Positions 1 to 12,322 of a DNA stretch of 64,000 bases are shown here, piece by piece. The position numbers and the translations under genes were made by a program. The first letter of the stretch is position 1. Each line of letters begins with the position of its first letter. The stretch spans positions 195,672,001 to 195,736,000 of the forward strand of contig OZ024740.1 of assembly GCA_964016885.1 (NCBI GenBank). The letters are read 5' to 3'. Below the pieces are notes generated by a model. That model was not told where the DNA came from, made no database searches, and saw only the letters and a program-made list of their open reading frames with translations. The stretch is from Eledone cirrhosa. Lineage: Eukaryota.

Positions 1-923
1 AGCCAGAATCAGTTCCCGTCCCACCCTTGCAAGCAGGGAAAAAGCGGACGTAAAATGAAATGATGATGATGATGATATATATAGGTGGATTCCTGATGTG
101 TATTGGGAGGTAAGCACAGTTAAAAAAGGTACTCAATACGCTAGTTGAGTAAAGGCATATTTATTTTATTATAGAAATGACTTCTACTGATGATTTCATA
201 TAAATGAAGCAGTTCTAGTCATGTAGTATTCATTTTATATAGAAATGAAAAAAATAATATAATAATATAAGAATGGTTTTTGTGATGAACAGAAGAGAAC
301 CACAGTTAAATAACATGCAGTCATTTCTATATGAAATAAATATATACACATATACACATACATACATATATATGTTATTTATCACTTTAGTTGTCAAGGA
401 TAGAGGTGATTGGTAGATCATTAATATCAATGTACTAAGAATGATCTACACTATTAATACAATGTATTTTCATGCATGCATTTGTCCTGTCTAAACTATG
501 CCCTAAGATCACGTGAATATGTGATTGATTTGCGTATGTTATTAGTACAGATTTTTTAGGTCTTTGACAAAAGATTTGTGAGGAACAGATTTATTTTTCT
601 TTATTGCTATGTATTAAATGAAATATCATCAAAATCTGTGAAACCATACTTTAGTTGGTACTTCTGGTAGAAGAATTACAAAAAAAAATTGATGCACACT
701 TTGTTTTCTTCAATAGAATTATTGAGAAGAAAAAATGAATTTTAGAAATTTAGAAGCATTTCATAACTATAACATACATGAATACGAAATACAAATTTAA
801 ATAAGTTTAACTATTTGGAAGCCTGACAATGTGTGCAAGATTAAAAGTGCCAAGATAATAGGAGTTATAGAGAATAAAGGACTGAGAAAAGAGTGAGAAC
901 GGTACCTTAGCAATTTTATTTAT

Positions 924-960
924 CTCAAATATTTTTCAGGTTTAAATCCATTCTCAAGAG
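924..960 (-). ncRNA. Candidate hammerhead variant (U3-A8 core)
   Basis: CUC-UUGAGAA-U-GG(AUUUAAA)CC-U-GAAA-AAUAUUU-GAG. Confidence 0.4.
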
Positions 961-2321
961 AATCCGTTGTAGGTATTTAAAGAGTAATCGGAAAAGAGTT
1001 GTTTTGCTTGCAGATTTAATTTAAATGTATGAAAAAGATGTTAAAATTTAACGTTTTGTACGTGTCCATAGTAAAATACGTGTGAGAATATGTGTATGAT
1101 ATATGTGTGTGTGCAGAGAAAGGCGTGTGAGAATATGTGTATGATAAATGTATGTGTGTACATGAATACATAACACACAAATACAAACACATATATACAT
1201 ATATATAATGTATCTTAACCCTTTTGATAACAAACCACCTGAAACTGGCCTTGGTTTGAAAGCTATTTATTTTTAAGTATTCATAGTTATCTAAAACCTA
1301 CTACAATTTTATGTAAGAGCCTTTGTTAAATTATGTTCCAAACATGAAATAAACAAGATAGTTAGATATATTACTAAATTACTCAAAATTCTTGATTATT
1401 GTCAAAATTATTTGAAAATCATAGGCAAAAGGATTAAATAAAACACTAGATTAACCAGACTGTCAGTGTATAAGACAAAATGGCTTGTAGTATTTAGTTA
1501 TGGCCCACTACATTTTGAGTTCAAATCCCATCAAGGTCAACTTTGACTTTTACTTTCCCAGTATTATAGTTTACACACTCTGGAACCACAATATACTTAT
1601 TCAAACTGCTATATCTAGGAGCATAAGCTCACTCAAATTACAGCTTTGCTATCTTGAAAAGAAAAGAAAACACATTAGATAATGTAGTTCTAGATATACA
1701 ACAGCCAAGAGAAAAACAGGATGGTCATAAATAAAACATCTTTGCCTATAGGTCTGCTAGATCAGGGCTATGTTGTAGCTAAACAACATACTGTTTCAGA
1801 ATAATGACATCATCAATGAGGTAGATATCAAGCTAAGAAAATTTAAGTCAATCATTCAACAGACTCCATATCTACAAGTGTAACTGAAGCACTCAGAGAT
1901 TGAAGCAACTGAATGTATAAGACTGTAGATATTCAATTAATTAAGTTCCCTTAACTGGTGCAGCCAATTTTGGGGGTGCCAATCATGGCATTTCAGTGGG
2001 TTTTAGAAATGCTTGGCCATGCCCCTCTCTCTAAATATCCAGTTTAGCCTGTCAGCAGAAGCAGTTATTGACTGAAAAGTGTCCCAGAGCCAGAAGTGAG
2101 AATCAGCTGATAACCAGTGTACTTGTCCATGCCTAAGGGTGCTGCTGTCAGATATCATGGATTTTTTTTCTACCAAAACACCCCAGTTTTGAGATAATGT
2201 TTCTTTAAATCCTGGATGACAGTACATCTGGTATTGAAGTAATGTTTCTCAAAAACACTTCACTCTATTTTCAAAAGAACATTTGATAACATTATGCCCA
2301 GTATTTAAATAACTCATCCTC

Positions 2322-2650
2322 CCACTTATTCCGGAGTGGGTCATGGGGGCAGAGTCCTCCAATACACCTTCCAGTAGGTCCTGTCAGAAGCAACCATTTC
2401 CAATTGATCCAGCTGGATCCCCAAGCAAAACCAGCTAAGCTAATGGATGTTATCCAACCAGCTTGCTTGGAGTCTACTCCTGGATCTCCTGTCAGTTGAT
2501 TTTGCTTGTAAAATCTGTCCAGAGATTCTTTCCTCAGACATTCTTACCACATGTCTGTAATATCAGAGCTGTGATCTCTCAATTCAGAGAAGTAGCAGCT
2601 TTACCTGGAGTAACTCTCTGATCTCTGAGCAACGCAATCTATCGAGTAAC
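2322..2650 (-). mobile_element. 3' end of a second RTE-type LINE family (also at 8108-8637, 43822-44301 and 45402-45582)
   Basis: Four mutually similar segments (gggcagagtcctc...ctgtcagaagcaacc...gatgttatccaaccatc). The reverse strand reads GRPR.RWLDNI...LLPR/P. Confidence 0.8.
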
Positions 2651-4398
2651 ATTACTTTAAATTGTTTCACTCTACTTTCAAAGAGACAATATAACATTTC
2701 TTCAAATTAAACACAGAATTTTATCAATAGTAGTTTGTATTCCAAGCAATAGCTGTGTTATCTTATCTCTAATAAAGGCATTTTTCTCCACACACTAGTG
2801 AAGTCCTAAACAGATTTTTCTAGTATCTACATCATTGATGAAGTAGTAGTTACATGAGCCAAGAAGTCATGTAAAGTCAAATTGGTTGAGCCATCAAAGC
2901 AATGGATTAAATGTCTTATAGTATTTGTTCTGAGTTCAAATCCTGCAAGAGTCAACTTTGTCTTTCACCCTTTTGAGGTTGATAAATAAAATACCAGTAC
3001 ATGGCAGTGGATTGGTTGAATTGTTAGAGTGTTGGACAGCATACATTGAGCTATTTTTTCCAGCTCTGCGCATTCTGGATTCAAATCCCATCAACTGTTA
3101 CTTGCAAAATGGTGATATGATAGGACTGGGGCCCCTATTATTAAAATACCTATGAAACAACCTCATGGGAGATCTGCTCAGGTGTGATCTGTAACAACAA
3201 TATCATATTCTTCATTATCCATACTTATTGCTACACAAATGAGTCTTCCATAGTAAGTATAATTTCAGAAAATGTTTTGAAGAATAGCAAAAGATGTATT
3301 TCAAAAACACCTTTAAAATATTAGAATTGATCTAAATATTGTGATTCTGTTCACAAAAAGCACCAAAATATTTGAGGACAATAGAATAACAACCATAGTA
3401 ACAAGAGATAATCAAAACAGAAGTTTTGGTTGAGAGTCTGGGATGGTTGTTTCACCGAAACATTGCTATTACCAGCTGTCTGTTACCTAGAATAAATTAT
3501 ACATATATTTGGTAAACATTTCCCTCATTTGGAAAAAAAGAACTACTGATAAGACTAAATATTGGTTCACAGCAGTCAAAAGAACAAAGTATAATTGCAG
3601 TAAAAAAAAATGTTTATAATTGACTTTCTCATCTGTTATGAAAATAAACAGTGAATATATAAATATATATATTTCTTTCAAAGACACCAGGGACAAATAG
3701 ACAAACACCAGTTTTGATTAATGTATTTTTTGTTAACCCTTTATTTACAAAGTGATTATTTGTATATTTTATGTTTTTCTTCTTTCTTTTGTTTCGCATA
3801 TGTTGCTGTTATGTCAGTACCATAGTTTATAAAACAAATGGTTAGAGTTAGATGGCAAGATTATTTTTGTTTATTTAATTTTAAAAGATTTCCTTTTTGT
3901 TTTGTTTTGTTTTTCGGGGTTTTTTTCTACATTTTAACAACAAAATATATTTCTATAAGATTGTCGCTTTTACTATTTTGTTTATTTTTTTATTTTATCT
4001 TTTTAAGAAACTTCAGAAAAACAGTTCACCAACTATATGAAGCTATTGTTAAAAACACAATTCTTTATCTCCTCATTCAAAAGTTTCAGTAAATTAAATT
4101 AAAAATTTTCTTACAAGAAATAACATAAGCCATTCAGAAAAATCACTGCATCCAATTATAATGCAAGCCAGCATGGCCATAACATAATTCTTTAAACTCA
4201 TAAAGAACTAAAGATTGCTTATAAGATTTTTATCCTTTAAACTTCTAAAGAAATAAAGAAGGTAATAACATATTTTATCCTAAACACGATATCATAGGAA
4301 AAATATCAATAATGTAAAAGAAATATAAATAGATATATATATATATCACATCCACACATAAATCATCATTTATGCAACTGCTTTTAAATATGTCTATA

Positions 4399-4531
4399 CC
4401 ATATTTCCCGGCGCTGAAGATGCTTCGTCCTCGAGGACGCACCCTAATTTTGACAACCAAATTTGACGCACAGAAGATTTTTGAGACTTATTTTAGAAAA
4501 AAAGTAACAACTTTGACACCGGGAAATACAG
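4399..4531. mobile_element. Small Tc2/pogo-type MITE
   Basis: TA-flanked imperfect TIRs CCATATTTCCCGGCG / CACCGGGAAATACAG. Confidence 0.72.
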
Positions 4532-6196
4532 TATATATAAATGGAGAAAATGGGAAGTTGTAGATGTTAAAGAGCCCTTTATTAATAAAAGCTGTAATAC
4601 ATATTTCAATGATGATTGTGACTACTTGATATTATGTAACCATTCACGTGATCTCATCGCACAGCAACATTAAGTAAGAAGGTTACGTTTCCAAGCCAAT
4701 CCAGACCAAAATGTAAGGGAACGGACAAAAAATGATGTTTTTGTTGGGATTGTCCATTTCCTTATAAGCTTCTGTACACCTCCACAGCTTTACGCAGGCG
4801 CAAACATGGAAGAAGTTGACCACCTAACTACTACCCAATTCAATGCTATCCTATATATAAAATTATATTTGGGGAAAGTAAACAAGATAAGAAAAAAATT
4901 ACCTCTTTACTTTGATGTCCTGACTACAGTTTCGCTAAGTAATAACAGTTTTTTTTTTATTACTGTGAGAAGTCTCAGCTCATCAAGGAACTTCTCAATC
5001 AAGAAAAATTCTTCCGAGTTATCCGCTACCAACAATAATTTCGAATGGAAGAAGAATCATGTGATTATGGTCAACAGAAGGGCAGCACTATATGACAAAA
5101 AACACCCAGTACTCACTGTAAACGAGGTTGGTGTTAGGAAGGGCTTCCAGCTGTAGAAACCAAGCCAAAATCAGTTTTGTATGAGCAAGACATTGTCACC
5201 TGACCTAGCATTGCCACAGTAGAACAACTCGTCTAACCTATGCTAGTGTGGAAAATGAAAGTAAAATGGTGATGATGATGATGAAAGTGTGAGAGTTCCA
5301 AATACAGAAAAAAAAAATAACAGCCAATCACTGTAGATAATTGTTGAGAAAATTAGGTAAATTACCCTGAAAGATGGAAAGAAAGTGGATAGAGGCATCT
5401 GTTTACACACACACACACACACATCATATTTACATTCATTCTCCATACTAGTATATTACAACCAAAAGCACAAGTGTGTGTCTGTAGTTTGAAATACAAA
5501 CACCAACCTTATATTTTACACACACATTTCTATAGAGACAATAATTTCTTCAACTCACAACTAAATAACACTAATTCTGTATTTTCAATAATTATGATGA
5601 TTATCTACATTAACAGACATGTCAAAACTCATATTGAAATAAAAATAAATTACAACTAATGAGAAAGAAAATGCAGCCATTTTCAAAAGTAGATGCCATC
5701 ATAAAGACAAAGCAAGGAGGCAGATGATGATGAGAGAGAAACAGACAGGCAAAGAGAAACACACATACACATACTCATACAAACACACACAGACTAATAC
5801 AGAAAGAGAGAAGCGAGGGGGCAATATATAAAAACAAAGGTTAGACAGGGTGATGTAGAACTTCACTTTGAGAAATACTACTGCTGATGGGTTACACTAT
5901 ACTCTTCCACACTGTGACTGTATTGTATTGAAACAGTTGAATCAGGTGCAGAGATTTCTTTCCCCACCCTCCTCTTTTTTCATAATCTATTTCTTTTAAC
6001 AATTTGACAGCCATTTCAAAGGACCAGTTGTTTTTAAAAAGACGAGCATATTTAATCAATTTGCATATTTCAACAGTTAATTGCACACCTGCTTCCATTT
6101 TACATAAATAGTGGAATATGATTATAGAAAAATATTATATATATATATGCGGTGCCCCAGCATGGCCTCAGCTGGATGGCTGAAACAGGTAAAAGA

Positions 6197-6258
<62 letters not shown>

Positions 6259-6260
6259 CA

Positions 6261-6470
6261 AAATTTCATACACTTAATATGTACATGTGACCTTAGGTTT
6301 CAGGGTCCAGTTATGGGCACCACTGTATAGTGGAGGAACCATTCTAGGACTGACCTCGTTCATCAAGCGCAAGGGTGAACAAAGCCAGTCTGTTTCCTCC
6401 CCTATACAGTGGCAGCCATAACTGTATGCTAAAACCTAAGGTCATGTATACATGTTAAGTGTATGAAATT
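6261..6470. repeat. Foldback element with about 80-bp arms
   Basis: aaatttcatacacttaa...ctgtatagtggaggaa versus ttcctcccctatacag...ttaagtgtatgaaattt. Confidence 0.9.
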
Positions 6471-6754
6471 TCAATATATACTAAATAAACTCTCTTTGTA
6501 CTAGATTGAGCTTTGTTTTCCATGGCTTTTTATCTATGGCTATCCTGCACACACACACGTCACTTCTGTTCCCCAGGCCACTCCTCAAAGTGTCCTTTTG
6601 CCTCATGGATTGATGGCCTCACACATTAGGACTGTGCAGAATTTGATTTTTCACCTTGGGTCAACTTGGGTTCAATTCTCACTAGCCCATGCATTTTCCT
6701 CAGTCAGCAACCTCTCATAATAGCACTTTAATGCATCTTTCTTTTCAGTGATAA

Positions 6755-7010
6755 TAAAAATCAGCCATTGTCATTCTGTATACACTTCTCCCCAATGACA
6801 TCTTGGTTTTTTCTTGTACACTGTCTTGTATTCCAAAATAACTATCACCTCTAGTCCTCATATCACAGAACATTGACAAATCTCTTTCTTTCTGCCTTGC
6901 CTCATGCTAAATGGACCTGACGGTTAGCTTCTCTCCTAGCTGCTGTTCCCTACTACCCACCCCCTGATTTCCAGATTTCGCAAGCCTTTCTCTTAGCTTT
7001 TATAGCCCTA
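6755..7010 (-). mobile_element. Degenerate RTE LINE internal fragment
   Basis: Reverse complement resembles the AIKAK..AW...GSRE...REA.RQV...ARQCV.EN.DV.GEKC segment of the RTE ORF. Confidence 0.7.
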
Positions 7011-7149
7011 TCTACAGTACACACACACACACACGTATGTGTGCATGTGTATCTATTTTTGTGTGTAAATTCATATATATATATATATATATATCCAATG
7101 GAAATAAATAATGAAAAAAATGAAACAAAATAATGATAACTAGTAGAAA

Positions 7150-7870
7150 CAAAAAGAAACCTATCAAGTTAATTGGAATAGCAGGAAAGACGTTCAAACA
7201 AGTTAATGAATTTAAATATTTGGGAAGAACACTAATGGAAGATGTGAGATCAAAGAGAGAAGTAAAATGCTGGATTGCAGCAGCTACAGCAGCTTTAGCA
7301 AAATTAGGCCCTGTTTGAGAAAGTAAAAAAGAATTACAACAAAAATTTATTTCGTTTTTTTTTTCAGAGTTAAAAGTAATTTCAGCTGTACTCTACGGGT
7401 GTGAATCATGGACGTTAAATGCTGAAAGTGAGAAAAAAAAAATGATGGCTTTTGAAATTAAATGCTATAGAAAGATACTTCGTATTCCATATACAGAACA
7501 TTAAATTAACAAAAGTGCTATGAAAGAAATTGTTGGGAAGACTATGAACCACAAAACGCTTCTCTCAATTGTTAAAAGGCAAAAAATTAAGTGGTTTTGT
7601 CATGTAAAACTGAGTATATGCAGAATTGAATGTAGTGTGCAAGAAAAAAGATTGCACTCGTAAGGGCATGTGACACAAATGGAGGACGACATTTGTGTAA
7701 AGAAGTGCTAGGAAATCCAAGTGATAAGAACTAGCTGAAAATGAAAACCAAGGAAAACATGGTAAGATATGGTGAAAAATAAAATCTGAAAATTGAACCT
7801 TGTGAAAAAGATGTCAAAAGATCACCACAAATGGTGAGATTCTGTCTAGAGAAGACCTATCCAACTGAGG
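7150..7870 (+). mobile_element. Degenerate RTE-type LINE C-terminal fragments
   Basis: VNEFKYLG, LYGCESWTL and AFEIKCYRKILRIPY remnants. Confidence 0.8.
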
Positions 7871-8639
7871 AATGAGCCATCAAAGTTGACAGCAGATAAG
7901 GCAATTAAGGATATGATGGTAGGGAAAGTAGCTGGCCCTCTTTGAGGATTGCTGCTGAGAATTATATTTAGGATACATGTGTCTATGGAATGCCTGGCCA
8001 CTTACACATTAATTGGTCAAATAACTGGAATATGCATCATCAAAACCAAGAGGTCCATGTCATTCTATATATTCTACCCTAAATAACATCTGGCTTCTTT
8101 CTCCTTGCCCACTTATTCTTGAAAGGGTCGTGAGGGCAGAGTCCTTAAACACTCCATCCAGCCGGTCCTATCAGAAGCAACCATCAACAAATGATCTGGA
8201 TGTATCCCCAAACATGAGACCAATCAAACTTATGGATGTTATCCAACCATTTTGCTCATAGTCTACTCTTGGGTCTCCCACTGGTTGATTCTGTCCATAA
8301 AATCTGTCCAGCAATTCTTTCATTAGACATTCTAACCACATGTTTGTACTACCAGAAATGTGATCTCTTGGTGTGGAAAAATAGCCACTCTATGCATAGC
8401 AACTCCCTGATCTCCCAGCTACACACCCTATCAAGAACATTACTCCAAAGATCCTTTAGAGGGACTCCATTTCAGTCACTTGTATTCATGATCATATTCC
8501 TTCAGTCAGTGCTCAAGATACATGATCATAGCTAAGAGTAGGCCCGAACACCAAATTCAAGATAGCAAGTTTGGCTTTTACATCAAGCTCCCTTCTTGTG
8601 ATGACTGAGGGATGAAGTTGGCACTCTATTCTGCCACGA

Positions 8640-8850
8640 TATATATATTCTACCACAAACTATATCTTCTATGACAAATTATATCATGTACCATAAACCA
8701 CATCTTCTGTCATGAATTATATCTTCTACTACAAACTATGCTTTCTAGCATAAACTATATATTCTACCACAAATATATAGTAGAACTATATATTTTACCA
8801 CAAAATATATAGTAGAACTATATATTCTACCACAAAATATATAGTTCTAC
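8640..8850. repeat. About 21-bp minisatellite
   Basis: Units such as tatattctaccacaaactata. Another 21-bp minisatellite (attatagtttattgtgaatta) lies at about 20800-20945. Confidence 0.8.
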
Positions 8851-9479
8851 AAGCTCTTTCAAACCCTGTTATTTTTTTTAAATGATGACTTTCATAAAAT
8901 TGTATTAAATTCAATATCTCTCTTTCTATCGATCTATCTCTTTCTCACTCACTCTTTCATTAACTATATATATTCATCTCTCTCCCTCTCCTTCTCCATA
9001 TACCCCTTTCCTCTCACTTTCTGCCTCTTGCTCTATTTCATTTTCTGTTTCAGTCCTTTTATTTATCCTCCTCACTCACCCTCTCTCTCTTTTCTCCATC
9101 CCTCTATTAATTCCTACTCTTTCTCTACATCAGTTCACCAATGCTGCCATCCTAATCTTCCAATCCCCCTCTCTCTCACTCCCTCCCTAACTCTTACACG
9201 CACTCACTCACTCTTTCATTCTCTCTCACACACACACTCTTTCTCTCTCCTTCTCTCTCTCTCTCTGTTAACATTTACCTTCCCCTTCCCAGCAATATTT
9301 GATAGTACCACCACACTAGCAATGGCTGGTGGGAGAGGAAGGTATGGATGTGTGATATTCATGTTTTAACAAGACAATGATCAAACAGAAAGATAATTTG
9401 AAGAATTATTGAACAATGATGACAGGAGGGGGAAGGGGAATTTCTGTCAGTCGCAATGCCACCATCAACTCCCTCAACA

Positions 9480-10700
9480 CAACTACACTAATACCTTAAT
9501 TAGCAACATCATCAATCACCACCACAATTAATACAACACTCAGACTATCAATAGCAACACCACCACTAACACCAAAACTAGTACAACTACACTAATATCA
9601 CAATTAATACGTAACAATACTAATACCACTAACACCACAACACTAATAGCATCAACACCACAACTAATGCAACTACACTAACACCACCAACACCATAACT
9701 AATACAACACTATCACCATCATCATCATCAACACTACCATCATAACAACACTGCTGCCATCCACAACACCATTAACACCACCTCCACCACCATCAACAAC
9801 ACCGCCACCATCAACATGAGACACCACAAACATCAACAACACTGCCACCATCAACAACACTGCCACCATCATCAACAACACTGCCACCATCAATAACACT
9901 GCCACCATCATCAACAACACCACCACCAACACCATCAACACCACTTCCACCACCATCAACAACACCAACACCATCAACACCACTTCCATCACTATCAACA
10001 ACACCATCACCATCAACAACACCACCACCATCAACACCATCTCCACCACCACCATCAACACCACGTCCACCACCATCAACAACACCACCACCATCAACAC
10101 CACTTCCACCACCATCAACAACACCATCAACAACACCACCACCATCAACACCACTTCTACCACCATCATCAACACCATCACCATCAACAACACCACCATC
10201 AACACCATCTCCACCACCACCATCAACACCACGTCCACCACCATCAACAACACCACCATCAACACCATCACCACCACCACCACCATCAACAACACCACCA
10301 CCATCAACACCATCTCCACCACCACCACCATCAACAACACCACCACCATCAACACCACTTCCACCACCATCAACAACACCATCACCATCAACAACACCAC
10401 CATCAACACCATCTCCACCACCACCATCAACACCACGTCCACCACCATCAACAACACCAGCACCATCAACACCATCTCCACCACCGCCACCACCATCAAC
10501 ACCACATCCACCACCATCAACAACACCACCACCATCAACACCACTTCCACCACCACCATCAACACCACGTCCACCACCATCAACAACACCACCACCATCA
10601 ACACCATCTCCACCACTTCCACCACCACCATCAACACCACGTCCACCACCATCAACAACACCACCACCATCAACACCATCTCCACCACCATCAACAACAC
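9480..10700. repeat. (CAC/CAA/CAT)n degenerate trinucleotide satellite
   Basis: More than 1 kb of accaccatcaac-type units. Confidence 0.95.
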
Positions 10701-10780
10701 TATAATCAACATCACAACATTTGTTGTTCTCATTAACATATTTGCTGTTAGTATTTTTGTCAACATTATTACTGTTGGTA

Positions 10781-10970
10781 AGGGCGGTGGATTGGCAGTA
10801 TCGGTAGAGGGTCGGACGCCATGCTTTGCAGCAAAGAGTTACTTCCCTTTACGGACTGAGTTCAAATCCCGCCGAGGTTAACTTTGCCTTTCATCCTTAC
10901 GGGGTCGATAAAATAAAGTACCAGTAATACACTGGGATAATTGCTGGCCTTGTGCCAAAAAGTAGAAACA
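10781..10970 (+). mobile_element. Young tRNA-derived SINE with 16-bp TSD
   Basis: A-box TGGCAGTATCGG, B-box GTTCAAATCC and central domain gcctttcatccttacggggtcgataaaataaagtaccag. TSD ATTATTACTGTTGGTA at 10765-10780 and 10971-10986. Confidence 0.92.
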
Positions 10971-11459
10971 ATTATTACTGTTGGTATCTATGATAAAGTG
11001 CACCTAGCCCACACTGCACCGTAGAAATGGTGTTATGATAAAATGCACACAGCCCACACTGTAAAAGTGGTAGTGCTGGTGCCATAATAAAATGCACCCA
11101 GTCCACTCTGTAATATGGTAGTGCTGGTGCCACCACAAAATGTGCCCAGTCTACTCCATAAAGAAGTAATGTTGGTGTTATGATAAAATGACCCTAGCCC
11201 ACACTGTAATGTGTTACTGCTGGTACCATGGAAAAAAAGCAATCAGGACACCCTCACATCGGGTAGTGATGGTGTCACAAGAAAACAAACCCAATGCACA
11301 CAATTATGTGGTTGGCATTAGGTAGGGCATTAGGTAGGGCATTAGGTAGGGCATTAGGTAGGGCATTAGGTAGGGCATCAAGCTGTAGAAACCATGCCAA
11401 AATAGAACTTATAAGCAACAACCCATCTAGCCAATGCAAGCATGGAAAATAAATATGTA

Positions 11460-11912
11460 ATGATGATGGTGGTGGTGGTGATGGTGATGATGGTGGTGGT
11501 GATGGTGATGACGATACTGATGACGATGATGCTGATGACGATGCTGCTGCTGCTGCTGGTGGTGGTGGTGGTGGCGGTGGTGGTGGTGGTGATGATGACG
11601 ATACTGATGACGATGATGCTGATGACGATGCTGCTGCTGGTGGTGGTGGTGGTGGTGGTGGTGGTGATGGTGATGGTGATGATGGTGATGATGGTGATGC
11701 TGATGACAATACTGATGACGATGATGCTGATGACGATGCTGCTGCTGATGGTGGTGGTGGTGGTGGTCATGATGATGCTGATGACGATGCTGCTGATGAC
11801 AATGATGCTGATGATGATGGTGGTGGTGGTGGTGGTCATGATGATGCTGATGCTACTCAAATTGTTGTTGTTGCTATTATTGTTGTCATTGGTAATGTTG
11901 TTGTTGTTGGTG
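11460..11912. repeat. (GGT/GAT/GCT)n trinucleotide satellite with higher-order duplication
   Basis: Repeated blocks gatgacgatactgatgacgatgatgctgatgacgatgctgctg. Confidence 0.95.
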
Positions 11913-12009
11913 TTATGGTCGGCTATGTATTTCTCTTTTCTTCATTGTACACTTCAATAGAGAACTTCTGTAGTTAGCTGCTGCTCTGCATAGCCCCACC
12001 CCCACCTCA

Positions 12010-12120
12010 CCCCACACACACATACATACACACCCATACACACACACACATACACACACATACACACACATATACACACATACACACACACACCCACACA
12101 CACACACACACACACACACC

Positions 12121-12161
<41 letters not shown>

Positions 12162-12189
12162 ACACACATACACACCCATACACACACAT

Positions 12190-12226
<37 letters not shown>

Positions 12227-12250
12227 CAGCTACTCCACATATCTCCACCA

Positions 12251-12322
<72 letters not shown>

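Noticed and set aside
5892-6098. Minus-strand ORF (GVQLTVEICK...) as a possible PDSS2 last exon
   Set aside because: Only superficial similarity. It has no polypyrimidine acceptor and lacks the FP/AR.AL motifs.
10781-10870. tRNA genes at SINE heads (also 61618-61690)
   Set aside because: A and B boxes are present but there is no cloverleaf, and the sequence continues into the SINE body.
10981-11300. CRISPR-like repeat-spacer periodicity
   Set aside because: The units are degenerate along their whole length with no unique spacers, derive from the LINE 3' UTR, and sit in eukaryotic DNA.
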